A DNA stretch of 64,000 nt from Lytechinus pictus (Eukaryota): the NCBI RefSeq assembly GCF_037042905.1, contig NW_026974141.1, forward strand, positions 12,958,001 to 13,022,000, given 5' to 3'. A program made the position numbers and the translations under genes. Positions 47,342 to 58,585 of this stretch are shown one piece after another. How positions within the stretch are numbered: the stretch's first letter is position 1; each line of letters begins with the position of its first letter. A model generated the notes under the pieces. That model had not been told where the DNA came from. It saw only the letters and a program-made list of their open reading frames with translations, and searched no databases.

Positions 47342-48579
47342 TTCGTCTTAATTGAGAGTTGAGAGGAATTGTCTCGTTGAATATCTTGGCATTCATAATA
47401 TTATGTTTACATGCACTGTGATTTCTATTCTAGTAATAGGCTAATAATTATCATAGTAATGATAAAAAAATAAGTTCTAACAAATCAGAAATACATCTAA
47501 CACTTGACAGACATAATAGCCCAGTCATCGGATTCTGGCTTTGCCAAAATACAATGTGCAAACTTTCTCCATTCCTTACGGGGTCTTCCAGTAAGAGTTT
47601 TCATGCTAAAATGCTACAAAGTATATACTACATTACCCTTTTCTTCTTACTGGGCACCCATTCAACACCTGGGTGGAGAGTGGCAAGGTATGGATTGATG
47701 CCTTGCCACAGGACACTAGGCACCAGTGGGATTCGAACAGACCACCCTCTAATTACAAAGCAAGAGCTAGAACCATCACTAAACTGTTTTTCTTTCTTAA
47801 AATCAGTGAAAAAGATGGCATGTTGAATCTGAGAAATGTCAGAAAAAATCTTGGAATCGAACCGGTTATATACCACTTCTGCCCAACAAGAATTCCTACA
47901 TTATGTATTTTTATTTTCATCATGACCAAAGTAGCTGCCAGCCAAGCAGTACATGTAGATGACAGCTTCAAATTCCAAAACATGGTTCAAAGATTTTTTT
48001 TCTGACTGATTTTCCAGATCGAACCTTACGTGATCTATTTCACTGGATGCAAGCCAGGAATATCTTCACATTAAAAACAAGTTTGTCCACCACTTCAAGA
48101 TTGATTTTCATAAGCAGTTTTTGCTGGTACAACATGACAATAAGAATGTAAGAAATTTCAATGATTTGATCTTTAAGGTCGCAGTAGAAATGCGAACCGA
48201 CTCAACACCTAACACCTGGGAGCACACCCAGTCCATGCCCCCCCCCCCCATTTAAAGAGCCATCACAAATATTTAGCGGAATATATGTTGTGCATACACG
48301 CAGAACCTTTTTCGTTCATCAGGACCTTCCTGTTTTTTGTTGCTTGTCATTTTTTTCCTGACATGAATCGCCATCAATTGGAGGTGAAGACCTTTTTTGT
48401 GGCGGGGGGGGGGGGTTGGCTTGTTAATTTTTTTTTCTGTACAAAAATCCCCCCCCCCTTGGAAAATCGTGGATCCACCCCTGCAACACCTCAAGTACAC
48501 TCTAAAAACATAAAAGGCGAAAAGGGATAATGAAGGGTGGAACAGGGCCAATAAGTGACAGTGTTTTTCACCCTTATTA

Positions 48580-48977
48580 GGCCGTGTTTATGCTTCCACT
48601 TTTCAGGCCAGAATCAACGTTTCCATACGTGATTAGTCCAAAACACGGTTGAGTCCATGCTTACTTTCATTTAAACGACGTTTCAAAACGCCGATCGGCA
48701 GCTCACAAAAAGGTGCGTTTGTAAGCGTAGTTTTGCCAGAATCAGGCTTTCTGGGGAAGTATAAACAGAACCACGATCGTAAACGTGTTTAAATGACGTC
48801 GTTTGTTACATGCTTCCGGTGAGATGAAAATCCGCAGGCAAATACAGTCGCATTGCTCCAAGGTCCCATGTTACCTCCACGGAATTACCACTCCCAGAAC
48901 CACGTTTACGATCGGCATTTTGAAACAACATTTGAAAATGCTGATTCTGTCCTCGCAATGGAAGCATAAACACACCC
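48580..48977. mobile_element. Harbinger-like MITE (TTA TSD) nested in an older acactctaaaaa-ended element (about 48496-49055)
   Basis: ggccgtgtttatgcttcca / tggaagcataaacacaccc; TTA flanks. Confidence 0.8.
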
Positions 48978-49212
48978 TTATTAAAAACACCGTCACTCCT
49001 CTGCCATTTTAAAGGGTGATTTACCCCTTTCCATCCTTTCATTTTTAAGAGGGTACCTGCATGTCTGGGTTAAATATCCAAGGACGAATCGACATACATC
49101 ATCAAGCATTGTATTTACATAACTGCAAGGTGTTCGGCGATCTAATAACAGGCCTTTCCTCTCAAAGCTGAGAAGTTGCAGGCATTCTTGTTGTCAGCTG
49201 TATGTACAGCAA

Positions 49213-50140
49213 CAGTGGTGCTAAAAACTTAGTGAGCCCCATTAGAAATTAACAATTAAAATAAAATCAAATTCTGCCATCTTTTAGATATTTAATTGTA
49301 AAGTCAGGTGATAAAATATTACATTCAATACAGTTTGTTTCTCTGGGCTTGCCAGACATTGTAGTGTTGTTGTCTCCCGGGGGGGCCACTTTCATTGACG
49401 AGTGGATACCATGCACGACCACGGGGTCTTGAAAAGCACCCTAAACACGTATTTTCCATATTCTAAAAATGCACCCCTTAACAAGTATTGACGTGTGAAA
49501 CCCTACCCTTAACAAGTATTGGAAACAAATACTATTGGCAAGTATTCCCAGAACTGAGCCCCTAAACAAGTACAGCGATGTATTTCCATATTCTGAAAAT
49601 GCACCCCTTAACAAGTATTGGAAACAAAAACGATACTCTTAGTAAGTATTCCCTGAAATGAACCCCTAAACAAGTACAGAGATATTTAATTGTTATGTCA
49701 CGCGTCCGTCGGTCGTCTGTTTTACCTTTAGACACCATTATTTTGGTTTATAACGGCCCCACCTTCCACACCTCGCGCAAATCGGACTCTAAACACGTAG
49801 TGTTGGGGCAAAAAGGACATCCTTTATAAAACATTTTGATTTTGTTTTATCATCCCCGCATATTTGACCCTAAACACGTATATTTTTCCGAGCGAAATAG
49901 ATACCCTTTTTTCAATATTTTTGTGTTTTTGACACCCTTATCACGTTACGTATGTAACGTGCCCTATCTTGAAAAAGACATCCTTTTTACGTGTTTTTTT
50001 GGTCGCGCATGGTATCCACTCGTCAATGTAAGTGGCCCCCCGGGTGTTGTCTACATTCAACGCTCAGCATGAAGGAGTGCATTTCTGGTGGGGTTCACCA
50101 AGAAATTACCTTGGGTTCGCTCACTTTTTTAGCACCACTG
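49213..50140. mobile_element. Tc1/mariner-like MITE carrying a nested element
   Basis: cagtggtgctaaaaa / tttttagcaccactg|ta. Confidence 0.75.
49376..50044. mobile_element. Non-autonomous DNA transposon with CCCGGG termini and 8-bp TSD
   Basis: TIR cccgggggggccactttcattgacgagtggataccatgc; TSD tgttgtct at 49368-49375 and 50045-50052. Confidence 0.88.
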
Positions 50141-51905
50141 TATAAGCCGTATGGACAAATTTTCCTGGTGCAAAGATATGCAAACATATTAGAAAACAAG
50201 CAGGTGAAGTTTTAAATGGGAACAAGAACATATATTCCCATTTTCAAAACATAAATTGAAGAATCGGGGGAGGGGGTTCACAAAGATTTAAGTGTCACTA
50301 TAACTGCACTTAAATTACCAGTTATGTATGGTAAATAACGCACCACCACATTGGTCTATTCAAGCGGATAAGATGCACTCTATATCGCATATCAATCGAT
50401 GAGATTATGTATGAAACATCATGTGAACACTGGCACAGAAACACAACTCTTTGTGAAATTAAATAATAGGAAAATCACCTGATTTTTATCCCTCTGTTAT
50501 TACATTCTTGCCTTTACTATACTATAGGGGATGAGGAATACTTAGAAGAGACAAAGGGACTGCTTTTAGTTTTACTACATATTTATCACTTATTATCTGT
50601 TGATCAGCTGTACTTTTTCTAAAGCAAACTAATAATGTGTATGCTGCTTTTTTATTTGTTCTTATTTATTTTTATTTTTAAATTACTTCTATTGTTTATA
50701 TGTGATTTGTTACACAAAATCATGAAAACTCAATTAAAAAAAAAAAAAAAAACTCTTGGTGAAATACCCCCTGATCACTTCTTTAAGAGGATCTAATGGA
50801 TAAGATTCAATAAGAATGTAATGCATCTATCTTTTGGATGACAAATTACAAATTTACAGCGATAGTCAAAAGAAATAAACTGACTCCTTCACACAATAAC
50901 CACTTTTTTTACCGGTAACTTTACAGCTAGCCAGGGAAAGTAAAGAGCATGTCAAACTATTTTTAAACACAAGGGCTAAGGTATTTTTTGTGTGTGAATG
51001 TATTCAACTTTGTGTAAGCAAAATGGGCCATATTTCAGTCTTATAGTATGGTATAATTTTTTTCCTATGTGAAAGATCCCATTCATTTTTCAGTTCTTTA
51101 TAGACCAAGTGATCTTTTTAAGTGCTTTGTCAGTATTGACTGTTACAAGCTACTGAAATCCTTGCATCTGATTGGCTGAGAGCAAGGTAGGTTCATGAAA
51201 AGCTACCCTACCCGAAATCCAATACATGTATGCACGAATAGTTCATTCACCGTAGAAAGCTAGATGCACATGAAATCTATCCCATCCGTTTTCCACCCAC
51301 TTAACCACGCTCCCGCCCCATTATCTGTTCACATAGCAATCAATTAACATGGTGTTGAGGTATCACTGATATGGAGAAACTGGGTTGCTTTGATTGAATG
51401 GACCACGTTAAGGTGTGACAAAGTAGTTTGCTACGGCGATTTCTCTAGTTCGACTGCCTTTGCACATTACCAGGATCCATAACGCTTAGCGATTGATTGC
51501 AATGCATATGATTATTTAGCATTGTTAAAAACAAAAAGGATTTCTTGAAATCTTGGAATCAAGATTAATGATCAAATGATAACAGAAAAGGCCATGCACA
51601 CCTTTATAATCTTTTGCTAAATCAGCCCCTTTAGGGTCTACAGAGATTTAGGATGATTTGGGGGCATATGGGACATTAGTGCTGTTATCGATAACCTCTT
51701 TATCGCTAGTCCTGTCGATAATCGCATGTTTTTTGCCACTTAGCGATATCGATAACCTTTCTCTTAATCGCTAGAGGGTATTCATTTGTCTCGCAATCTA
51801 CTCTGGTCAACAAAGAAATTCGTGATCACTCTCGCAAAAAGTGTTCACTAGCTTTCTAGGAAATTCGTGATCACTCTCGCAAAAAGTGTTCACTAACTTA
51901 CAAGT

Positions 51906-51946
51906 TCACAAGCTTTCGAGTGCCTCTGCAACTTTTTATCAAGTGA
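51906..51946 (-). ncRNA. Minimal hammerhead ribozyme variant (U3-A8 core) in Penelope pLTR
   Basis: TCAC TTGATAA aa agttgc agag gcact c GAAA GC TT GTGA: stem I TCAC/GTGA, imperfect stem II, palindromic AAGCTT stem III. Confidence 0.55.
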
Positions 51947-51972
51947 CGAAAATTATCTGATACGGTAGTCAA

Positions 51973-52110
51973 TTTATACCAATCCCCAGGACCGTACGCA
52001 CGAACGCGGGGACAATAGGTGGGCACTGATCCGTTATGTGATTGGTCGGGCGTATATGCAAATAAGCCGGAGGTATATGCAAATACGCCGCGAGTCGGCA
52101 ATATGCAAAT
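51973..52110 (-). promoter_or_regulatory. Putative pLTR promoter: three octamers, CCAAT box and TATA box
   Basis: ATGCAAAT at 52056, 52077 and 52103; CCAAT (minus) 52041-52045; TATAAA (minus) 51973-51978. Confidence 0.5.
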
Positions 52111-52131
52111 AAGACAAAATTGGCGGGCTCG

Positions 52132-52540
52132 CTAGTTTCCCGTGGGTGGGGGTTGAATAGCTGAGCGGTCCCTCGCTCGGTCGGGTCGGCGTGCACTGCC
52201 AGGTAAGGGGGTATTGTGCTGTCGGATGGTTCGCATCCAGAAATTGGGGATGTCGATCCCGCTGTCTCTGTTGAAGTTGTTAGGACAAAGACGTATACTA
52301 ATAGCCTCCTTAATCCTGCGTGTATACCAATGTCTTTCTTTGGCAACGCAATGTACACCCTTCCAATCTGGGTGGTGTTGCTTCTCCCAAGCATGTTCTG
52401 CCACCGCGGATGTGTCGATTGGCTGTAATCGAACATCGCGCTTGTGTTCAGAAATGCGTTCAATTATCGGTCGGGCTGTTTCACAGATGTAAGACCCGTC
52501 ACATCCCTGGCAAGGAATGTTGTATACTACGCCATCACGT
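52132..52540 (-). pseudogene. Penelope GIY-YIG endonuclease domain, open frame without ATG
   Basis: RDGVVYNIPCQGCDGSYICETARPIIERISEHKRDVR...SAVAEHAWEKQHHPDW...RRIKEAISIR...NFNRDSG. Confidence 0.88.
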
Positions 52541-54001
52541 CTGTGATCACGTCCTTGTTGACCATAGTAGATTGCGAGACAAATGAATACCCTCTTGCGA
52601 TTATTTCATTCCGCAATAATGAACCTATTTAGTATTAACCTTTCTCTTGTTGTCGATAATACCAAAGATACTACAAGGGGAAGATCGGAGAGTACATAGA
52701 CGTGTAATGAAACGCTCGGGAAGAGCGCCCCACAGCGTTAATAACGACCTTTTTTTACCTTTACTTATCGCGAGATGGTTGTGTACAAAACATGAGGGAA
52801 ATGGTGAAGGAATAGACGATTTTTACATTTTAGAAATTTTTTCATTCAATTTTTTTTCTTAAATCAAAGATGAATATATTTCAGAGGTTTCTGGGTAAAA
52901 AAAGGTGGAATTATTCCTATGCGCCACCCTTGAGCCCTCTCCAAAATCCCCTCTCTCATTTCCCCCATATGTTTTATACACAGTCGGGTGCCGATATGCG
53001 AAGGTTTACTTACTCAACGCTGTTGGGCGCCCTTCCCCATAAGCATTTATCGAGCATTTGGGAGCGTTTCAAAAAAATTGCTGAGGTGTTCGATCTTCCC
53101 CTTGTAGTATCTTTGATAATACCCGCTATTGTGTATGGACATGACAGTGATTTTCTGTGATCACGGAAAACGCGTTACTGGTTCAGTGGCAGATACAAAT
53201 TTCGACCAGCGTGAGTATTGTGACATCGCTATATGCATAAAACATGCATGTTGATCATGTTCTTTTGTTGATAGTTATCGATATCGGTAAGATATTTTTA
53301 GCGAAATGTGGACAGAGATTTTTCTTACCGGTAACAGCACTATGGGACATATGCCTCCAACTTTCTTTGCCAGGATAACAAAGGGGGCTTCACTCACACT
53401 AAGCTTTCATTACGATGCAGTTATTACCACATTTTACTTTAGAATCATAAGATTGAAGGGTTCACATAACTACAAAACCTGATAAATGAATGACAATAAA
53501 AAAATGCATTTCGGGCAATGCATTATCTATAGTACATGTAAACCCCCTCCCCCCTCCTACAGTTGTGCCACAACGTTCTGATCTGACAAAGAATTGAGCC
53601 ATGTTAACAATGGTTTAACTTTGAAATCCTGGAAAAAATCTTTTCTTTGATCACAACGCTCACGCACCAGTGTCCCCACTAATGAAGTCTCCAATTATCC
53701 CTTCTATTCCCAGAATAACCCTCTCTCACTGGCTAACTGGTTTTGTGATATTTGTTGAACTGCTTTGTAGACATACTGGTTCAATCTTGGACTTCATTAG
53801 TTCTTCCTCATGACATTTCATTACAAGTAATTCACTTTGATAAAAGATCCCTTGCTTCTAATCCGTTATTACGAAAGCTTTCAGACGTGTCTTTAGCGCA
53901 TTATTGCAGTAACATTATATTTCTTTGATCAGAAAGATTCCACATGGCTGTCCCTCACTAACAAAATGCATTCTCTAAAATGCCTCTTCAACCTACTGTT
54001 A

Positions 54002-54450
54002 GACCCTGTTCTCACTACCTTCCTAAAACTAGATTAGTGGAAACTAGATTAGTGGAAACTAGTTTAGGTGAAACTGGTTTAACGTGTAATGAGAATGGTT
54101 AAAGCAGTCATTGAAGCGATCTTCCAAGCCGGTTCAGAAAACCACCTCGCGATGTAGTTTTCAAGATCGCTTTGCCTTGTTAAACTGGTTTTAGCGTGAG
54201 GACACAACCATTCTTCAAGAAGCAATCTTCTGACATTTTGACGCGCTACTCCACACACTGTTGGTGTCACCAGAAACCTGTCACCCCACCGAGAACGCTC
54301 CCGTAGCAACAAGACCGCTTTATTGTGAAGTGGTTTTGAAAACCACCTTCTGGTAATCAGGTGAGAATGCTAGCAAGGCAATCTTCCAAACTGGTTTCCT
54401 GGACCGGTTTCCAGGAAACTTGTTTTAGAAAGTATAGTGAGAATGGGGTC
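54002..54450. mobile_element. Harbinger-like MITE, TTA TSD
   Basis: gaccctgttctcacta / tagtgagaatggggtc; TTA flanks. Confidence 0.85.
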
Positions 54451-55657
54451 TTAGATCTCTCTCACTGGCTAATTGGTCTTTGCGATATATGTTGACCTGA
54501 TTTTATACATCTATTGGTTTGATCTTGACCTTTATTTACTCCTTCCCATGACATCTCATTACAAGTACTTAACACAGATACAAATCTGTAGCTTCTAATC
54601 AATTATTAGGAAAGCTTTCAGACGAGTACTCAGTGCTATAACAGCACTATATAGATTAAAAAATACATGTAAATCACTTAATAAGTTCATGTGATTGGTG
54701 TGATCTGTGTTGAAAAAGATAGTCCCTTCAACCTTCTCTTTGATTACAGTTCCGGCACCACTGTCCTTCACTGGTGAAATCTTCCAAATGCAACTTTAGT
54801 TGCAAACCGCCTCGATCACAAGCTAAAAACATCAGTTGATTATTTCCGTATTAACACCGCCCTGAAACATATCCTTCGGGATAGGTTCCTGAAGTTACGC
54901 GCATGCGCAGTACGGTCTGATAAGCAAGCAAGATGCGAGATCCAAAATCGCTAGCTCAGCAGCCACCCACGGCACCCGCCACCAACTGCCAAAGTACCCG
55001 CGACCTTGGGAAAATCCCTGTGAAAGTTCTCGTAATATTGACAAGTACCTAAGTTAGTGGATACCAGTATTTTCTTTTGGGGAGATTACACATAATTTGC
55101 TTTCACCCTGCCAGAATAACTGGAAATGACAAACTTAGAGGTGGTCTGAAACCACCTTTTCATACCAGAATATATATCCTCTCTCTTGCTGGCTATCTGG
55201 CCTTTGCAATATTTGTTGTACTGATTTTGTAGATTTATCGGTTTGATCCTGGACTTCATTAGTCCTTTACTGGCATGACATCTCATTATAGATACTTAAT
55301 TCAGATATAAATTGATGGCTTCTCAACCATCATTAAGATAAATTTCAGACAATTATTTAGAGTTATTGTAATGACACTAGATAACCGTCCATCAGTTTTG
55401 TCTTTTATTATATAATTTCTTCTTTGTTACATTATGCCTTGAGTACTCAGTAGAGTGGATTTGTGCGTCATTAATGATATATTGTATCAATTTATATGAA
55501 TAATTACTGTTAGAATTATGATTATTTAGGATAATTATTCATTGACCAGGAGTGAAGACATGAGGAAGTATGAAAGAACTGATGAAGCTTGCTTGCAGCC
55601 TCACACCAGGCATAACAAAACCGGTAAAGTTTCATAATTGTGAAAAATATTCTTCTC

Positions 55658-55943
55658 ATAATAATGTCCATTTATATAGCACAGTTACTATGTGCATATA
55701 CTCAACTGCGCTTTGATTCTTGGTATCATATTATCACCCCGGCTGTAGCTGAGCCGCCATTTTAATTGGCGCTAAAGCATTCAAGGAATAAATCCTACCG
55801 GGTACCCATTCACCTCACCTGGGTCGAGTGCAGCAAAATGTGGATAAATTTCTTGCCAAAGGAAATTACGCCATGGCTGGGATTCGAAACCCACGACCCT
55901 CTGTTTCAAAGTCCGGAGACTAATCCACTGGGCTACAACGCTC
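55658..55943 (-). mobile_element. tRNA-derived SINE
   Basis: Reverse complement of the 3959 family. Confidence 0.88.
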
Positions 55944-57664
55944 AACGCTCATCACATATAATGATAATATTCATGAAGCGCAAAGATGCTCAGGTTGCTT
56001 CAGAAAAGAAATATGATAATAAATAAGAAGTAATATATGATCAAATATCAAGTTAGAGTAAGTTTGGAATTGAAGAAAGTGCATTATTATGAGGCTTTTT
56101 AAATTTAAGAACATTAGCCATTTGACTGCTGATTTGTAACTTAGGGTGTGTTCAAAGCAACATGAATCACGATTGAAAACTCAATTACAAAACACAGAAC
56201 ACAAACACGATCAGCAGTGCACTGTTCAGTGTAGAAAATATCAAGCTAAATAATTTGTCGATCGTCTTTAAATGTCCGGCTTTCGTTAGTGCGCAGTTTG
56301 ACCCATCACAAGAAAGGTCAATTCTGGCACCTGCTTGTGTAGGCTCCCACTACGAGAGGAAATTTAAAGACATTTCAAAACTCAATTGTGTTCAATGTTG
56401 CATTCGCGATGCTGGAGGTCGTAAAATCTGAGCTGATTGCATTTACAAATTATGCATCTTTTCTGACGTTTAAATTTTCCTCAGAATCAAGATTTGAAAG
56501 ATGTTACTTTCACGCCCTGGAATGGAGGACATTGAACACTCCCTTTGTTTCTCATTTTATCTGCGTTCTGTAATCAAATTTTCAATCATGATTCATGTTG
56601 CCGTTTAAATTTGGAAACCCACATCAAACACACCATTATTCTTTAGGGGAGGGGCTGCAACTTGCGTATTTGATTTCTCTAAAGTATGTAAAGTAACTGA
56701 ACGGTTCCCACCCTCATGCAACGATCACCACAGTGCTCACATTACACGTGTGAACAACCCCTCTGAAATGGAACAAAACACTTTCAATGTCAATACAAAT
56801 TTCTCTTAATGCCAATATTAATTCTAAAGACAAATAATGACCGCACTTAGCCTAAATGGAATAAATCATTGTAAGTGGCCTGCATGTGGAAGTGGATGTC
56901 AATTACGCCTGATAATACAGGATCTTTACTAAGAATGCAATTAATTCCAAATGCCATGATGAGCATCTAAATTCCAGAAGGGGATACCACTTTCTTAATT
57001 AGATGTGTTCGTGTTACACAGGAATGACCAGAAGTCACCACATAACCCTTAAGAATGTCCAAATTGTCATAATTTGTTTGTACTAGTGGTTGAACATTTA
57101 GAAATTTCAAAGCAAAAAATTATATCATGAGGGGTCTAACTAAAGATTTGCAAGAAAATGTGAGAGGAATAGCAGCTGATCTTGTTCATGGTTATTTTAA
57201 TGGACATTAAGCAAGACTGTACACATTCTGTTAAATTATATTAATCATCCTTTAGCTTTACAACTGATTCTAAAATTAAAAGTTAAAATATGACAGTCTT
57301 GTGTGAACCGAGCTCTTAGATTTAGGACTTCAATGGCAAATTAAACCTGTATCACTTCTAAACTTAAAATTTGACACTTTTGTGTGAGCTAAATTACTAG
57401 ATTAATACAATACAATGTTTGATAGTGCATGATCTTTAAACTTAAAATATGGCAATCTCGTGTGAACCAAGCTACTAGATTAGGACATCAACGGTCAATT
57501 AAACCTGCATGTAGCCTATCTTCATGGGCGGTTGATCATGCAAATAAAATGGCCTTAGCTCAATGAATATTGACATTGATGATTGGATAAACAGGACCGA
57601 ATCCGTCATCCATGGGTGAAGATATCTAGTGATAATTAAGGGAGAGTGGTAGGATGTGATTACT

Positions 57665-58148
57665 AGGTGCTTTCACACCGCCTCGAAGTTCGTCAGTCCC
57701 AGGTATTCTCTGATCGGGAAATTTACCCGATCAGAAAATACCAGGTAATATTGGCGATGTGAAAGCAAGTTACGCGCAATCTCCCCGAAAGAAAATACCC
57801 ACTAAATAGTAGGTACTTGTCAAAATTACGAGAACTTTCGCGGGGATTTTTCCAAGGTCGTAGGTACATGTATTTTGGCAATGTGAAAGCAATGTACAGG
57901 AACTATTAGCCCAGTGTGTAGTTGGGCGCGGGCGCCATGGGTGGCTGCTGAGCTAGTGATTTTGAATCTCATGCCTCGCTTGCTTATCAGACCATACTGC
58001 GCATGATCATAACTTCGGGAACTTATCCCGAAGGGTATGTTTCAGGACGGTGTGAATGCAGGGATAATTAATGGGTATTATTTAGCCTAAAAAGGTTCTC
58101 GTTAATTTAACAGGGATTCTTATGATCGGGGCGGTTTGAAACCACCTG
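57665..58148. mobile_element. MITE (related deleted copy in opposite orientation at about 54800-55150)
   Basis: aggtgctttcacaccgcctcga / tcggggcggtttgaaaccacct; internal sequence shared with 54800-55080. Confidence 0.75.
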
Positions 58149-58326
58149 ATGATACAAAGCAGGGCCAGTATTGGATTCATCACTTTATAGCATTTGACTT
58201 CTGCAAGCCAAAATGTAAGCCAAAATTCTTATGAAGAACCCATTGTGATGTCACATTGTTGTTGCTTAATTAATAACATGCAAGTATTATCCTGTTGCAC
58301 CAAAAACAATACTTTATAATTATGCC

Positions 58327-58585
58327 GGGCGTCGTGGTCTATTGGTTACGACTATCATCTTTCAATCAGAGGGAGGTGGGTCCAAATCCCAGCCATGGCG
58401 TGTTTTCTTTCAGCAAGAAATTTACCCACATTGTGCTGCACTCGACCCAGGTGAGGTGAATGGGTACCTGGTAGATCTATTCCTTGATGTTTAAGCGCCT
58501 ATGTGGGTGGCTCAGCTACGGCAAGGGTGATAATATGATTCCAAGTATCAAGTGCAGTATAAGGACCATGTTATTATTATTATTA
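58327..58585 (+). mobile_element. tRNA-derived SINE (diverged)
   Basis: Head plus cccaggtgaggtgaatgggtacc core plus (tta)n tail. Confidence 0.8.

Larger units (their letters stand above)
51775..52594 (-). mobile_element. 5'-truncated Penelope-like retroelement (GIY-YIG end, pLTR and inverted terminal copy)
   Basis: GIY-YIG frame, then promoter motifs and hammerhead; 52543-52594 is an inverted copy of 51775-51828, as typical of PLE insertions. Confidence 0.85.
51677..53342. mobile_element. hAT-like non-autonomous element, perfect 8-bp TSD
   Basis: TIR tagtgctgttatcgataa / ttaccggtaacagcacta; TSD tgggacat at 51669-51676 and 53343-53350; subterminal atcgata repeats. Confidence 0.88.

Noticed and set aside
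51775-52594. Internal 55-bp inverted repeat as the TIR of a separate DNA transposon
   Set aside because: No TSD; better explained as the inverted pLTR end typical of Penelope insertions.
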